Shown here piece by piece: positions 1-7,721 of a DNA stretch of 32,000 nt. The translations under genes were made by a program, and so were the position numbers. The DNA comes from Candidatus Saccharimonadota bacterium. GTDB lineage: Bacteria; Patescibacteriota; Patescibacteriia; 2-12-FULL-60-25. The notes below the pieces were generated by a model. That model made no database searches. It was given only the letters and a program-made list of their open reading frames with translations, and had not been told where the DNA came from. Position 1 is the first letter of the stretch, and each line of letters begins with the position of its first letter. The DNA lies in the NCBI GenBank assembly GCA_022843095.1, contig JALHOH010000002.1, positions 30,001 through 62,000 of the forward strand. Reading direction: 5' to 3'.

Positions 1-644
1 GTCGTGAGGATCGTACAATTCGCGATTTTTTGATCCCGAATCAAGATCTGTTGGGACCGCTCGTGACCATCACGGAGATTTCGCTTTTGAAAGCGGGTGA
101 GCCCATTCGTGTTCCAGTGGATATCACTATTCGAAAACGCCATCGCTTGCTGATCACCGGGCCGAATGGGATCGGAAAGACGACGCTTTTGCGTACCATT
201 GCGGAGAATATGGATCCCGGCTCTGTGCTTGGGAAGGACGTCTCTCTCGGGTACTATCGTCAGGATTTTTCCGGGCTGGATGTGGAGGCGCTTGTGTATG
301 ATGCACTCGCCGAGGTCATGGTTGTGCCATCCAATGAAACGTTGCGCGCCGTTGCCTCGGAGTTTTTGCTGACCTCTGACTTGCTTAAAAATAAGGTAGG
401 ATCGTTATCCGAAGGGCAAAAAGGGTTGCTCTGCTTTGCGCGATTTGTGCTGCAGGCACCGGGGTTATTGATCCTGGATGAACCGACGAATCACATCAAC
501 TTTCGTCATTTGCCGGTGATTGCGCGTGCGATCGAGGCGTATAAGGGCGGGCTTATCATGGTGAGTCACGCACCGGAGTTTGTGGAGCAAATCAAATTCG
601 ACGAGACACTGGATGTAGGATTGCTTGCGTCCCGATCCTCGTAA
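1..644 (+). CDS. ABC-F family ATPase, C-terminal ATP-binding cassette (5' end upstream of window)
   Basis: Frame is open from base 3, with no stop before the listed TTG at 30. Walker A GPNGIGKTT, ABC signature LSEGQK, Walker B LLILDEPTNH. No hydrophobic segments. Confidence 0.85.
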   Translation, partial: REDRTIRDFLIPNQDLLGPLVTITEISLLKAGEPIRVPVDITIRKRHRLLITGPNGIGKTTLLRTIAENMDPGSVLGKDVSLGYYRQDFSGLDVEALVYDALAEVMVVPSNETLRAVASEFLLTSDLLKNKVGSLSEGQKGLLCFARFVLQAPGLLILDEPTNHINFRHLPVIARAIEAYKGGLIMVSHAPEFVEQIKFDETLDVGLLASRSS

Positions 645-664
645 GGGAAGCGGTTTGGTATGCG

Positions 665-673
665 TGCTATACT
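665..673 (+). promoter_or_regulatory. Extended -10 promoter TGcTATACT, 6 nt upstream of ATG 680 (predicted leaderless mRNA)
   Basis: TG-n-TATACT read directly. Same geometry recurs at 8789-8797 and 16265-16273. No SD between box and ATG. Confidence 0.5.
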
Positions 674-679
674 CCGTGC

Positions 680-1804
680 ATGGGTGTAGAACAAACGCGC
701 GCACTTCGTCATGCAACACTCGCCATGATCGGGACGATCATTGGCGCGGGGTTGTTTGGTCTGCCGGCTATGTTTCGCGAGGTGGGGTTTTGGCCGGGGA
801 CATTGCTGTTTTGGGGGGTCGTGACCCTAGTGACGCTTACGCACGCCTTGTTTGTCGAGGTGATTTTGGCGACGCCGGAAAAAATGCGGTTGACCGGCTA
901 TGTGAAGCGGTGGGTCGGGGTCGGTGCATCGCGCGTGACGGCTGTAACCTATCCATTGCAAGTCATCGGCGTGAATCTGATTTATCTGTTGTTTGGAGGG
1001 GAGTTTTTGGCGGCGCTTGCGCGATTGATCGGCTTGCCAGATTGGTTACTTGGGTGGCAGATCCTGTTTTGGCTTGGGGGTGCGACGACCGTGTTTGTGG
1101 GGCTTAAATTGGTGGCAAAGGTGGAAGCGGCGGCAACCTGGATGCTCATGGGGACGCTTGCGTTGTCCGCGGTTCTGGTTGGCTTTCGTATCAATACCAC
1201 TACGCTGTCTGAAGGGAATTGGAGCGCCTTTATGGTGCCGTACGGGGTGTTTCTTTTTAGCGTCTCCGGGATGAACGTGATCGCGGAGGTCGCGGACATG
1301 GTGCAGCGCCGACGCACGGACGTCCTACGTGCATCGCTTGTGGGAACGCTTGCGGCTGCGGTATTGTCGTGGGTCTTTGGTGTTGCAATGGCGTTTACCG
1401 CAGGCGGAACGGATCGAGCGCCTGCGACACTTGGTGCATTGCTTCCCGGAGGATTCGCCTGGCTGATTCCAACGATCGGTTTTTTGGCGGTTGCGACCAG
1501 TTACATTACGACAGCACAGGATCTCAAAGCGTCGCTTCACCTCGATTTTCGTCTTCCAAAAGTTGCGGCATGGAGCATTGCGCTTTTCGTTCCTTTGGTG
1601 CTGTTGCTATTTTTCAAGACCAACGCACTTGCGGCACTTGATGTGGTGGGAACATTGTTTACAGGGATGAATGGGATTTTTATTGCGTTAACCGCGCTTG
1701 TGGTCGCCAAGCTCGCACGCCGTCCGGCTTGGGTGACGGTCGGCGGCTATGTGGTCATCGCGGCATTCGGATTTGGGCTGATTCAACGGTATTTGCTACG
1801 CTAA
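680..1804 (+). CDS. Amino-acid transporter family permease (Aa_trans / Trp-Tyr permease-like)
   Basis: 374-aa polytopic ORF with about 11 hydrophobic helices. N-terminal MIGTIIGAGLFGLP motif is typical of this transporter superfamily. Substrate not inferable. Confidence 0.6.
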   Translation: MGVEQTRALRHATLAMIGTIIGAGLFGLPAMFREVGFWPGTLLFWGVVTLVTLTHALFVEVILATPEKMRLTGYVKRWVGVGASRVTAVTYPLQVIGVNLIYLLFGGEFLAALARLIGLPDWLLGWQILFWLGGATTVFVGLKLVAKVEAAATWMLMGTLALSAVLVGFRINTTTLSEGNWSAFMVPYGVFLFSVSGMNVIAEVADMVQRRRTDVLRASLVGTLAAAVLSWVFGVAMAFTAGGTDRAPATLGALLPGGFAWLIPTIGFLAVATSYITTAQDLKASLHLDFRLPKVAAWSIALFVPLVLLLFFKTNALAALDVVGTLFTGMNGIFIALTALVVAKLARRPAWVTVGGYVVIAAFGFGLIQRYLLR

Positions 1805-1814
1805 CGCAAAGACT

Positions 1815-2234
1815 ATGTGGTACCTCCGCCTCGCGTTTCTTTCGATCATCCGTTGTGTGATGATTTTTGCACTGATCATTTTTTCCCAGCGTTTTGAGGT
1901 CAGTCCGTTGCCCGCATGGACACTGACTGCGTTCGTCTTTTTGATGGAAGGGGTTGCAACCTATCTGGTTGCGATGTGGGCATTTGCCCGCGTGGACGCG
2001 CTTTCGTCCAAAAATACCGCCCTGGTAGGAGCGGTATTTATCGGCACCGAATTTTTGGTTCAAACGGCATTTATGATGTGGTACGGCGAACGAACGCTCG
2101 CGGAAGTCCTTGCAGGAATGCATTGGGGCGTCTTTTTATTGATCGCGTGGTACAGCGTGGCGATTTGGGCAGCCGCCTATCGTATGCGGCGTCGTGCGGT
2201 GGTCGGGTCGCTCCCGGAAGGGATGGAATCCTAG
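1815..2234 (+). CDS. Hypothetical 4-TM membrane protein
   Basis: 139-aa ORF with four hydrophobic segments and no motif recognised. ATG lies 11 nt after the permease stop. 3' end overlaps the folD stop by 4 nt (CTAG). Confidence 0.45.
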   Translation: MWYLRLAFLSIIRCVMIFALIIFSQRFEVSPLPAWTLTAFVFLMEGVATYLVAMWAFARVDALSSKNTALVGAVFIGTEFLVQTAFMMWYGERTLAEVLAGMHWGVFLLIAWYSVAIWAAAYRMRRRAVVGSLPEGMES

Positions 2235-3064
2235 CGCGTCGCTTGACGGGCAAGCATCACGACATTTTTGAGGAGCATGGCAACGGTCATTGGACCAACG
2301 CCCCCAGGAACCGGCGTCACCCAAACGGGGCGGTCGCCATAGGAATCAAGATCCACATCGCCGCGTACTTTTCCGTCCGCGGTTTTGTTGGTCCCAACGT
2401 CAATGATGACGGCGTCGCGTTTGGTCATGGATGGGTTTAAAAACGCGAGTCGTCCAAGGGCGGTGATCACGATGTCCGACGTGGCGAGCCATGGGCGCTC
2501 GATCGCGTCCGGCGGCATGACGCGGACGGTGGCTCCCGCTTTTTTGAGTAAATGAGCCAATGGATCTGCAAAGATGGTGGAATTCGCAAGTACCGTCACA
2601 CGTGCACCATTCAAGCGGATCGGCGCCTCCGCAATCAGGCGAAGGATGCCTTCATGAACCGGTGGGATGATCGCCGCGTCTCCACGGAGCAATGCTTCGC
2701 GGTTGGTTGGATGGAATCCATCGACGTCTTTGCGCGGGTCAATCGCGCGGATCACGCGATCTTCGTCATGTCCTTCCGGAAGGGGGAGTTGTACCAAAAT
2801 GGCATGGACGGAAGGATCATCGTTCCAGCGTTGAATGTGTTGGACCAGTATTTCGTCAGGGGTTTCTGCTGGGAGTCGGAGGACGTGTGTTCGAATCCCC
2901 ACGTCTGCCGCGGCACGCTCTTTGAGTGCAACATACAGCACGGAAGCAGGGTCTTCGCCTACCAAAAGAACGCCTAGGGTTGGCGTTGTGGGAAGCGTCT
3001 GGAGCTCGCGAAGCAGCGTGTCGCGGAGCGATGCGGCAAGCGCGGTGCCGTTCAAGAGATGCAT
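2231..3064 (-). CDS. folD: Bifunctional methylenetetrahydrofolate dehydrogenase / methenyl-THF cyclohydrolase
   Basis: SVLYVALKERA (YxxxK region), DVDGFHP and PVPGGVGPMTVAMLL signatures. ATG 3064 (MHLLNGTALA) chosen because the listed TTG 3100 lies inside the upstream terminator hairpin. Confidence 0.9.
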   Translation of the reverse strand: MHLLNGTALAASLRDTLLRELQTLPTTPTLGVLLVGEDPASVLYVALKERAAADVGIRTHVLRLPAETPDEILVQHIQRWNDDPSVHAILVQLPLPEGHDEDRVIRAIDPRKDVDGFHPTNREALLRGDAAIIPPVHEGILRLIAEAPIRLNGARVTVLANSTIFADPLAHLLKKAGATVRVMPPDAIERPWLATSDIVITALGRLAFLNPSMTKRDAVIIDVGTNKTADGKVRGDVDLDSYGDRPVWVTPVPGGVGPMTVAMLLKNVVMLARQATR

Positions 3065-3071
3065 GCGCGCG

Positions 3072-3077
3072 ACAATA
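3072..3077 (-). promoter_or_regulatory. -10-like TATTGT box 7 nt upstream of folD ATG
   Basis: Minus strand reads GGCG-TATTGT-CGCGCGC-ATG. No SD and no clear -35. Confidence 0.3.
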
Positions 3078-3080
3078 CGC

Positions 3081-3111
3081 CAAAAAGAAGAAGCCGACAA
3101 GCGTCGGCTTC
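3081..3111 (-). terminator. Rho-independent terminator after hypothetical gene 3122-3670
   Basis: Minus strand: GAAGCCGAC-GCTT-GTCGGCTTC (9-bp stem, plus coordinates 3090-3111) followed by TTCTTTTTG. Confidence 0.6.
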
Positions 3112-3121
3112 GAGGAGCGGG

Positions 3122-3670
3122 TCATGGATGGCTCCCGGGGGGCGCCAGATGATGCATGGTCCGGAAGGAGATCACGCCGAGTGTAAGTTCATCATGAATG
3201 GCATCTACTTCGTAGACTTTTGCCAGGAGTCGACGTCTTCGCACGACGAGGAGATAGTCGAGCTCGCCGAAGTAGATACCCCCCGGCGGAAGCAGATCGA
3301 TGATCCAGTGCGCGCGTTCCAGCTCGACCGAGCAGAACGTGACTTCGCTCGACTTGGTGACATGGAAGACGACCACTTCGTCATGGATGTTGTAGGGAAT
3401 ATCGCCCAGATATTCCGCAACATCCTCTTCTGGAAGGACGAACCACGAGGGGAGCGGTTGTTGATGACGCCCATCTTTTAGGGCGTTCACATAGCAGAGC
3501 GCGATGCTATCTGTGTGCGAGAGATGCGATGCATCCCTCCCGCGCGCCTCCGCCTCCTCCAGTTTGCCACGACGTCTCTGGCTGATCAGGCTGGTAAAGT
3601 CTTGGATTTCCTTGCGAACACGGGAAAAATGGCGTTCCAGGATTTCCTGTCGAATGCGCTGTCCTGCCAC
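3122..3670 (-). CDS. Hypothetical protein (182 aa)
   Basis: Start assigned to GTG 3670, which is preceded by GGAGGTG-CACC (strong SD, 3674-3681). N-terminal charged helix followed by a beta-rich region. No family recognised. Confidence 0.5.
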   Translation of the reverse strand: MAGQRIRQEILERHFSRVRKEIQDFTSLISQRRRGKLEEAEARGRDASHLSHTDSIALCYVNALKDGRHQQPLPSWFVLPEEDVAEYLGDIPYNIHDEVVVFHVTKSSEVTFCSVELERAHWIIDLLPPGGIYFGELDYLLVVRRRRLLAKVYEVDAIHDELTLGVISFRTMHHLAPPGSHP

Positions 3671-3761
3671 GGTGCACCTCCGCGGGCAACGGTGCCATGG
3701 GTTGTCCACGGAGGCAAGGGTTGAGCGGAAAAGCAATGTCAGGTACGCTCACAAGCACTGT

Positions 3762-4451
3762 ATGACCAAGGAAGGCCTCAAGCATCTTGCGGTGATCATG
3801 GATGGCAATCGGCGCTGGGCAAAGGCGCAGGGGTTGCCGTCTTTTGAGGGGCATCGACGCGGCTATGATCGGCTGAAGGCGATTGGGGACGCGTGTCTCG
3901 CCCGTGGTGTCGAGGTGCTGACGGTGTTTGCGTTTTCTACGGAAAATTGGAAACGCACCCAAGAAGAAGTCACGTTTCTTATGGACCTGCTGGAAACGGC
4001 GCTTATCCAGGAAGCGGAGTTTTTTGTCCAAAAAGGGGTGCGTGTCCTGATCCTTGGGCGTCGTGACGGGTTGCGACCGTCGGTGTTACGCGCAATCGAA
4101 TCAATCGAAACACGAACGGCCGAGAATACCGCGCTCACGCTTTGCATTTGCTTAAACTACGGCGGCAGAATCGAGTTGGTCGATGCGGTCCGCAACATCG
4201 TGGCGCAAGGGATTGAAGCGGGGCAGATTGAGGAATCCACCGTTACCTCTGCAACGTACTGGCCGGATATGCCGGAGCCGGATTTGGTGGTTCGCACGTC
4301 CGGCGAGCAGCGCCTTTCCGGATTTTTGTTGTGGCAGTGCGCATACAGCGAGTTCTATTTTACCGAAGTGCATTGGCCGGCCTTTACCGAAGCGGAGTTG
4401 GATCGCGCCTTGGACGAGTTTGGACAACGACAGCGTCGGTACGGGAAATAA
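3762..4451 (+). CDS. uppS: Undecaprenyl (di-trans,poly-cis) diphosphate synthase
   Basis: HLAVIMDGNRRWA, FAFSTENWKR and RTSGEQRLSGFLLWQCAYSEFYF are cis-prenyltransferase signatures. ATG 3762 chosen because the upstream part of the listed ORF overlaps the divergent gene and has no family similarity. Confidence 0.92.
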   Translation: MTKEGLKHLAVIMDGNRRWAKAQGLPSFEGHRRGYDRLKAIGDACLARGVEVLTVFAFSTENWKRTQEEVTFLMDLLETALIQEAEFFVQKGVRVLILGRRDGLRPSVLRAIESIETRTAENTALTLCICLNYGGRIELVDAVRNIVAQGIEAGQIEESTVTSATYWPDMPEPDLVVRTSGEQRLSGFLLWQCAYSEFYFTEVHWPAFTEAELDRALDEFGQRQRRYGK

Positions 4452-4514
4452 ACAGGTTCGGTGGTTGTCAGGATGGCCATTTTCTGGCATGACTTCACAA
4501 GGAGGTAGGGTGTC

Positions 4515-4916
4515 ATGACACAAATGCCGAAGGAAACGCGCTCTGCATTTGACGCGATCGCGGAATACCTGATCACGAAACATGGGTTTCCGGAGTCGAT
4601 TCGGGAGGCCTATGAACGCATCTTCGACCATCGGGTAGAAGCGCTGATCGGAATCTTGGTCCAGCGGTTTGATCAGGTGAAGAGCGATCCTGTGGAGATG
4701 GTGGAAAAAGGGTTTCGTCCTCCACCTGAAGCCGATCCATTGTCGGTGCTTTTCCTTCACGCTGTACCGCTCTTCCTGTACACAACGCGCCACCACCCCC
4801 TGGAACATCGTGAAGTGGGTTTCACGGTCGAATGCGACTTTGACCAGGGGAAACGGGTCATCCCGTTTCGCGTAGTAAATGGGAAGCTTGTTCCGCCCAT
4901 GAACACCTCAAACTGA
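4515..4916 (+). CDS. Hypothetical protein (133 aa)
   Basis: ATG preceded by AAGGAGGTAGGGTGTC (SD). Followed directly by a terminator. No family recognised. Confidence 0.55.
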   Translation: MTQMPKETRSAFDAIAEYLITKHGFPESIREAYERIFDHRVEALIGILVQRFDQVKSDPVEMVEKGFRPPPEADPLSVLFLHAVPLFLYTTRHHPLEHREVGFTVECDFDQGKRVIPFRVVNGKLVPPMNTSN

Positions 4917-4921
4917 TTCTG

Positions 4922-4947
4922 CCGATCTCCTTCGAGATCGGTTTTTT
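4922..4947 (+). terminator. Rho-independent terminator
   Basis: CCGATCTC-CTTC-GAGATCGG followed by TTTTTT. Confidence 0.75.
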
Positions 4948-4992
4948 GTTGTGCACACCCTGCCTCGTGCCCGCCGTGTATCATGTTCGGGT

Positions 4993-6627
4993 ATGCCAAA
5001 ACGCCGCACGTATCTGTTCATCGTAGGTGGGGTGATGTCTGGGGTCGGGAAAGGGGTTGCGTCTGCGTCACTGGGGGCGTTGCTGCAGTGTCGTGGTCAG
5101 CGCGTGACGGCGGTCAAAATTGATCCGTACATCAACGTGGATGCAGGGACGATGAATCCTGTAGAACATGGCGAGGTATTTGTGACCTACGATGGGGATG
5201 AGACAGACCAAGATATCGGGAACTACGAACGGTTTTTGGACGTTGATATTGGGAAGGTGAATTATATGACGACAGGGCGAGTGTATCTGTCGGTCATCGA
5301 GCGGGAGCGTGCCCTTGGATATGGCGGGAAAACCGTCGAGGTCGTGCCACATGTGCCCCTGGAGGTCATTGGACGCATCCGGGAAGCTGCCGAACGGGCA
5401 GACGCGGACGTCACGATCGTTGAAATCGGTGGGACGGTGGGGGAGTATCAAAATGTCTTGTTTTTGGAGGCGGCTCGTATGTTGCGTCAGCAGCAGCCTG
5501 CGGATGTTCTGATTGGGCTTGTGAGTTATTTACCCATTCCTTCCGCAATCGGGGAGATGAAAAGCAAGCCGACGCAATTTGCGGTGCGTGCGATCAACGC
5601 CGTTGGGTTACAGCCGGATTTCATTATCGGACGTTCTTCAAAACCGATCGATCAGCCACGCAAAGAAAAGCTGGCGGCGCATTGCGGCGTGTTGCCGGAG
5701 GATGTGATCAGCGCGCCGGATGCCGCCTCGATTTATGATGTGCCGCTTTGGTTTGAACAGGAGGGTTTGGGGGATCGTGTGATCAAAAAGTTGCGTCTCA
5801 AGGCAAAACCGCTCCACAAGGAGAAATGGGAAGGGCTTGTCCTGAAGCGAAAAAAGGCAGTACAGCCCGTGAAGATTGGGATCGTGGGAAAGTATGTCTC
5901 CACCGGGGATTTTGTCCTTTCCGATGCGTATCTCTCGGTGCTCGAGGCGGTGAAACATGCGGCATGGGCCATTGAGCGGGATCCGCAGATTACGTGGATC
6001 AACGCGGAGGAATTGGAGAAGCCTGGGGTTCGGCTCACGGCGGTGCTGGGAGAGGTGGAGGGGATTTTGGTGCCAGGGGGGTTTGGAACGCGTGGCGTTG
6101 AAGGAAAAATGAAAGCGATCCGGTATGCTCGCGAAAAGAAGATCCCGTATCTCGGGTTATGTTATGGCTTGCAGCTCGCGACCGTAGAATTTGCGAGGAA
6201 CGTGCTCGGGCTTCGTGATGCGCATACCACGGAGATCGATCCGGGAACCAAGCATCCCGTCATTCATTTGATGAACGAACAGGAGGAGCGCATGAAAAAC
6301 GCCGCTTACGGCGGTACGATGCGTCTGGGGTCATATCCCTGCCTACTGGCAAAGGGGTCAAAGGCGCGCGCGTTGTACGGCGCGGATGAGATTCGAGAAC
6401 GCCACCGCCATCGGTATGAATGCAATCCAGCGTATCGTGCGGCGTTGGAGGAGCGCGGTTTGATCGCCAGTGGACTGTCGCCCGATGGGACGTTGGTGGA
6501 AGTAATTGAGCTTGCGGATCATCCATTCTTTTTGGCAGCGCAATTCCACCCGGAATATCTCTCGCGCCCGTTCCGTCCCCATCCATTATTTCTTGGATTC
6601 TTGAAGGCGGCTGCCACGAATAGGTGA
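4993..6627 (+). CDS. pyrG: CTP synthase
   Basis: N-terminal YLFIVGGVMSGVGKG. C-terminal glutamine amidotransferase with LGLCYGLQ (Cys nucleophile) and RHRHRYE. 544 aa from ATG 4993. Confidence 0.95.
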   Translation: MPKRRTYLFIVGGVMSGVGKGVASASLGALLQCRGQRVTAVKIDPYINVDAGTMNPVEHGEVFVTYDGDETDQDIGNYERFLDVDIGKVNYMTTGRVYLSVIERERALGYGGKTVEVVPHVPLEVIGRIREAAERADADVTIVEIGGTVGEYQNVLFLEAARMLRQQQPADVLIGLVSYLPIPSAIGEMKSKPTQFAVRAINAVGLQPDFIIGRSSKPIDQPRKEKLAAHCGVLPEDVISAPDAASIYDVPLWFEQEGLGDRVIKKLRLKAKPLHKEKWEGLVLKRKKAVQPVKIGIVGKYVSTGDFVLSDAYLSVLEAVKHAAWAIERDPQITWINAEELEKPGVRLTAVLGEVEGILVPGGFGTRGVEGKMKAIRYAREKKIPYLGLCYGLQLATVEFARNVLGLRDAHTTEIDPGTKHPVIHLMNEQEERMKNAAYGGTMRLGSYPCLLAKGSKARALYGADEIRERHRHRYECNPAYRAALEERGLIASGLSPDGTLVEVIELADHPFFLAAQFHPEYLSRPFRPHPLFLGFLKAAATNR

Positions 6628-6642
6628 GGAAGGTGAGATAAC

Positions 6643-6668
6643 AAAATCCCCTCGAGTGAGGGGATTTT
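6643..6668. terminator. Bidirectional hairpin terminator between convergent pyrG and rpmA
   Basis: AAAATCCCCTC-GAGT-GAGGGGATTTT. The A-tract/T-tract arms serve both strands. Confidence 0.75.
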
Positions 6669-6676
6669 TGATGCCG

Positions 6677-6964
6677 TTATTTCTTGGCGGCGGCGTTCAC
6701 GTTGACGTAGGTCGCCATCTTGAACGCACCCGTGTAGCGGCGGACGCGGCGACGGGTGAACTTGACGATCCCGTCTGCCAAGGCAAACAAGGTGTCATCC
6801 GTCCCTTTCTTCACGTTGTCGCCCGGGCGGAATTTGGTCCCGCGCTGGCGCACCAGGATGTTCCCGGTCTTGGCGTATTCCCCCGCATACATCTTGACGC
6901 CCAGACGTTGGCCCTGGGAATCGCGACCGTAACTGGTGGAACCACCGGCTTTCTTATGTGCCAT
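6677..6964 (-). CDS. rpmA: 50S ribosomal protein L27
   Basis: [16 protein letters not shown]...[15 protein letters not shown]. Carries a basic C-terminal insertion ([13 protein letters not shown]). No rplU upstream. Confidence 0.95.
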   Translation of the reverse strand: MAHKKAGGSTSYGRDSQGQRLGVKMYAGEYAKTGNILVRQRGTKFRPGDNVKKGTDDTLFALADGIVKFTRRRVRRYTGAFKMATYVNVNAAAKK

Positions 6965-6994
6965 AAGGTGTGATCAATGGAAAATGATGGCAAA

Positions 6995-7023
6995 AGGATA
7001 CGCGTGGACCGCGTGCTTGTCAA
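6995..7023 (-). promoter_or_regulatory. rpmA promoter TTGACA-17-TATCCT
   Basis: Perfect -35 (plus 7018-7023), 17-nt spacer, -10 TATCCT (plus 6995-7000), about 30-nt leader. Confidence 0.55.
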
Positions 7024-7045
7024 GCCAGTGGAACGGCGGTTTAAT
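7017..7045 (+). promoter_or_regulatory. nifU-like gene promoter TTGTCA-17-TTTAAT, 8 nt from ATG 7054
   Basis: The -35 overlaps the rpmA -35 on the opposite strand (CTTGTCAAG palindrome). Confidence 0.45.
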
Positions 7046-7053
7046 GGACATAC

Positions 7054-7305
7054 ATGGCTATGAAAACAAAGGAAGTATTGATGCAGGACGTAGAGCAGGT
7101 GCTGACCGTGCTTCGGCAGGGCCTTGCGATGCATGGAGGAAACTGCGAATTGGTGGATGCAGACCCGGAAACGGGGATCGTTCAGGTACGGATGCAGGGG
7201 GCGTGTGTCGGGTGTCCTATGTCAGAAATGACCTTGAAAGCCGGTATAGAAGACACCCTGAAAGAAATGGTTCCGGAGGTCAAAGAGGTGGTGCAGGTGG
7301 CGTAA
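7054..7305 (+). CDS. NifU C-terminal (Nfu-type) Fe-S cluster scaffold domain protein
   Basis: GGNCELVDAD...VRMQGACVGCPMSEMTLKAGIE with CxxC motif. The start could also be ATG 7060 or 7081. Confidence 0.8.
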   Translation: MAMKTKEVLMQDVEQVLTVLRQGLAMHGGNCELVDADPETGIVQVRMQGACVGCPMSEMTLKAGIEDTLKEMVPEVKEVVQVA

Positions 7306-7328
7306 TTCTTTGTGGATCGCTTTTTGCC

Positions 7329-7706
7329 ATGTGGTTTCGTGCGTGGGCATTCTCGGCGACGCGTGCATGGCAGCGTCCATTTTTTCGTTGGTCTTCTATT
7401 GCGACCGTGAGTTATTCCTTGGTCGCTTCCGGGTATTTCCTGTATCAGGTATTGACGCACATGCGTGACGGCGGAAACGTCATCCTGCATTATTCTGTGT
7501 ATCTGGGGGTGGATGATATCCGTCCCTGGTATTGGGCGTTTTTGTGGCCTGCCCTTTGGATCATAGGCGTCATGATCGACTTTGTGATAGCCTTTGGCGT
7601 CTATCGTGTTGATCCGTTGTGTGCCAACGCCCTCGCTGTCCTTGCCGTTGCCTGGTCTGTGCCGTGGTCGATTGCGCTCTACCATCTTTCCCTTATCAAT
7701 TCCTAA
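7329..7706 (+). CDS. Hypothetical 3-TM membrane protein
   Basis: ATG 7329 is the first start downstream of the nifU-like stop in this frame. Three hydrophobic helices. No family recognised. Confidence 0.45.
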   Translation: MWFRAWAFSATRAWQRPFFRWSSIATVSYSLVASGYFLYQVLTHMRDGGNVILHYSVYLGVDDIRPWYWAFLWPALWIIGVMIDFVIAFGVYRVDPLCANALAVLAVAWSVPWSIALYHLSLINS

Positions 7707-7721
7707 CGCCTCGTAAGAGGT

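Noticed and set aside
3122-3670. PD-(D/E)xK nuclease-like guess for the 182-aa protein (GELDYLLV ... EVD)
   Set aside because: The motif match is too short and degenerate, and no supporting Lys or context was found.
3504-3761. N-terminal 86-aa extension of the uppS ORF
   Set aside because: It overlaps the divergent gene and its SD. Family similarity begins only at MTKEGLKHLAVIMDGNRRWA (ATG 3762).
6936-7328. Upstream extension of the 7329-7706 membrane ORF
   Set aside because: It overlaps the rpmA promoter region and the whole nifU-like gene in another frame. The hydrophobic protein starts after 7329.
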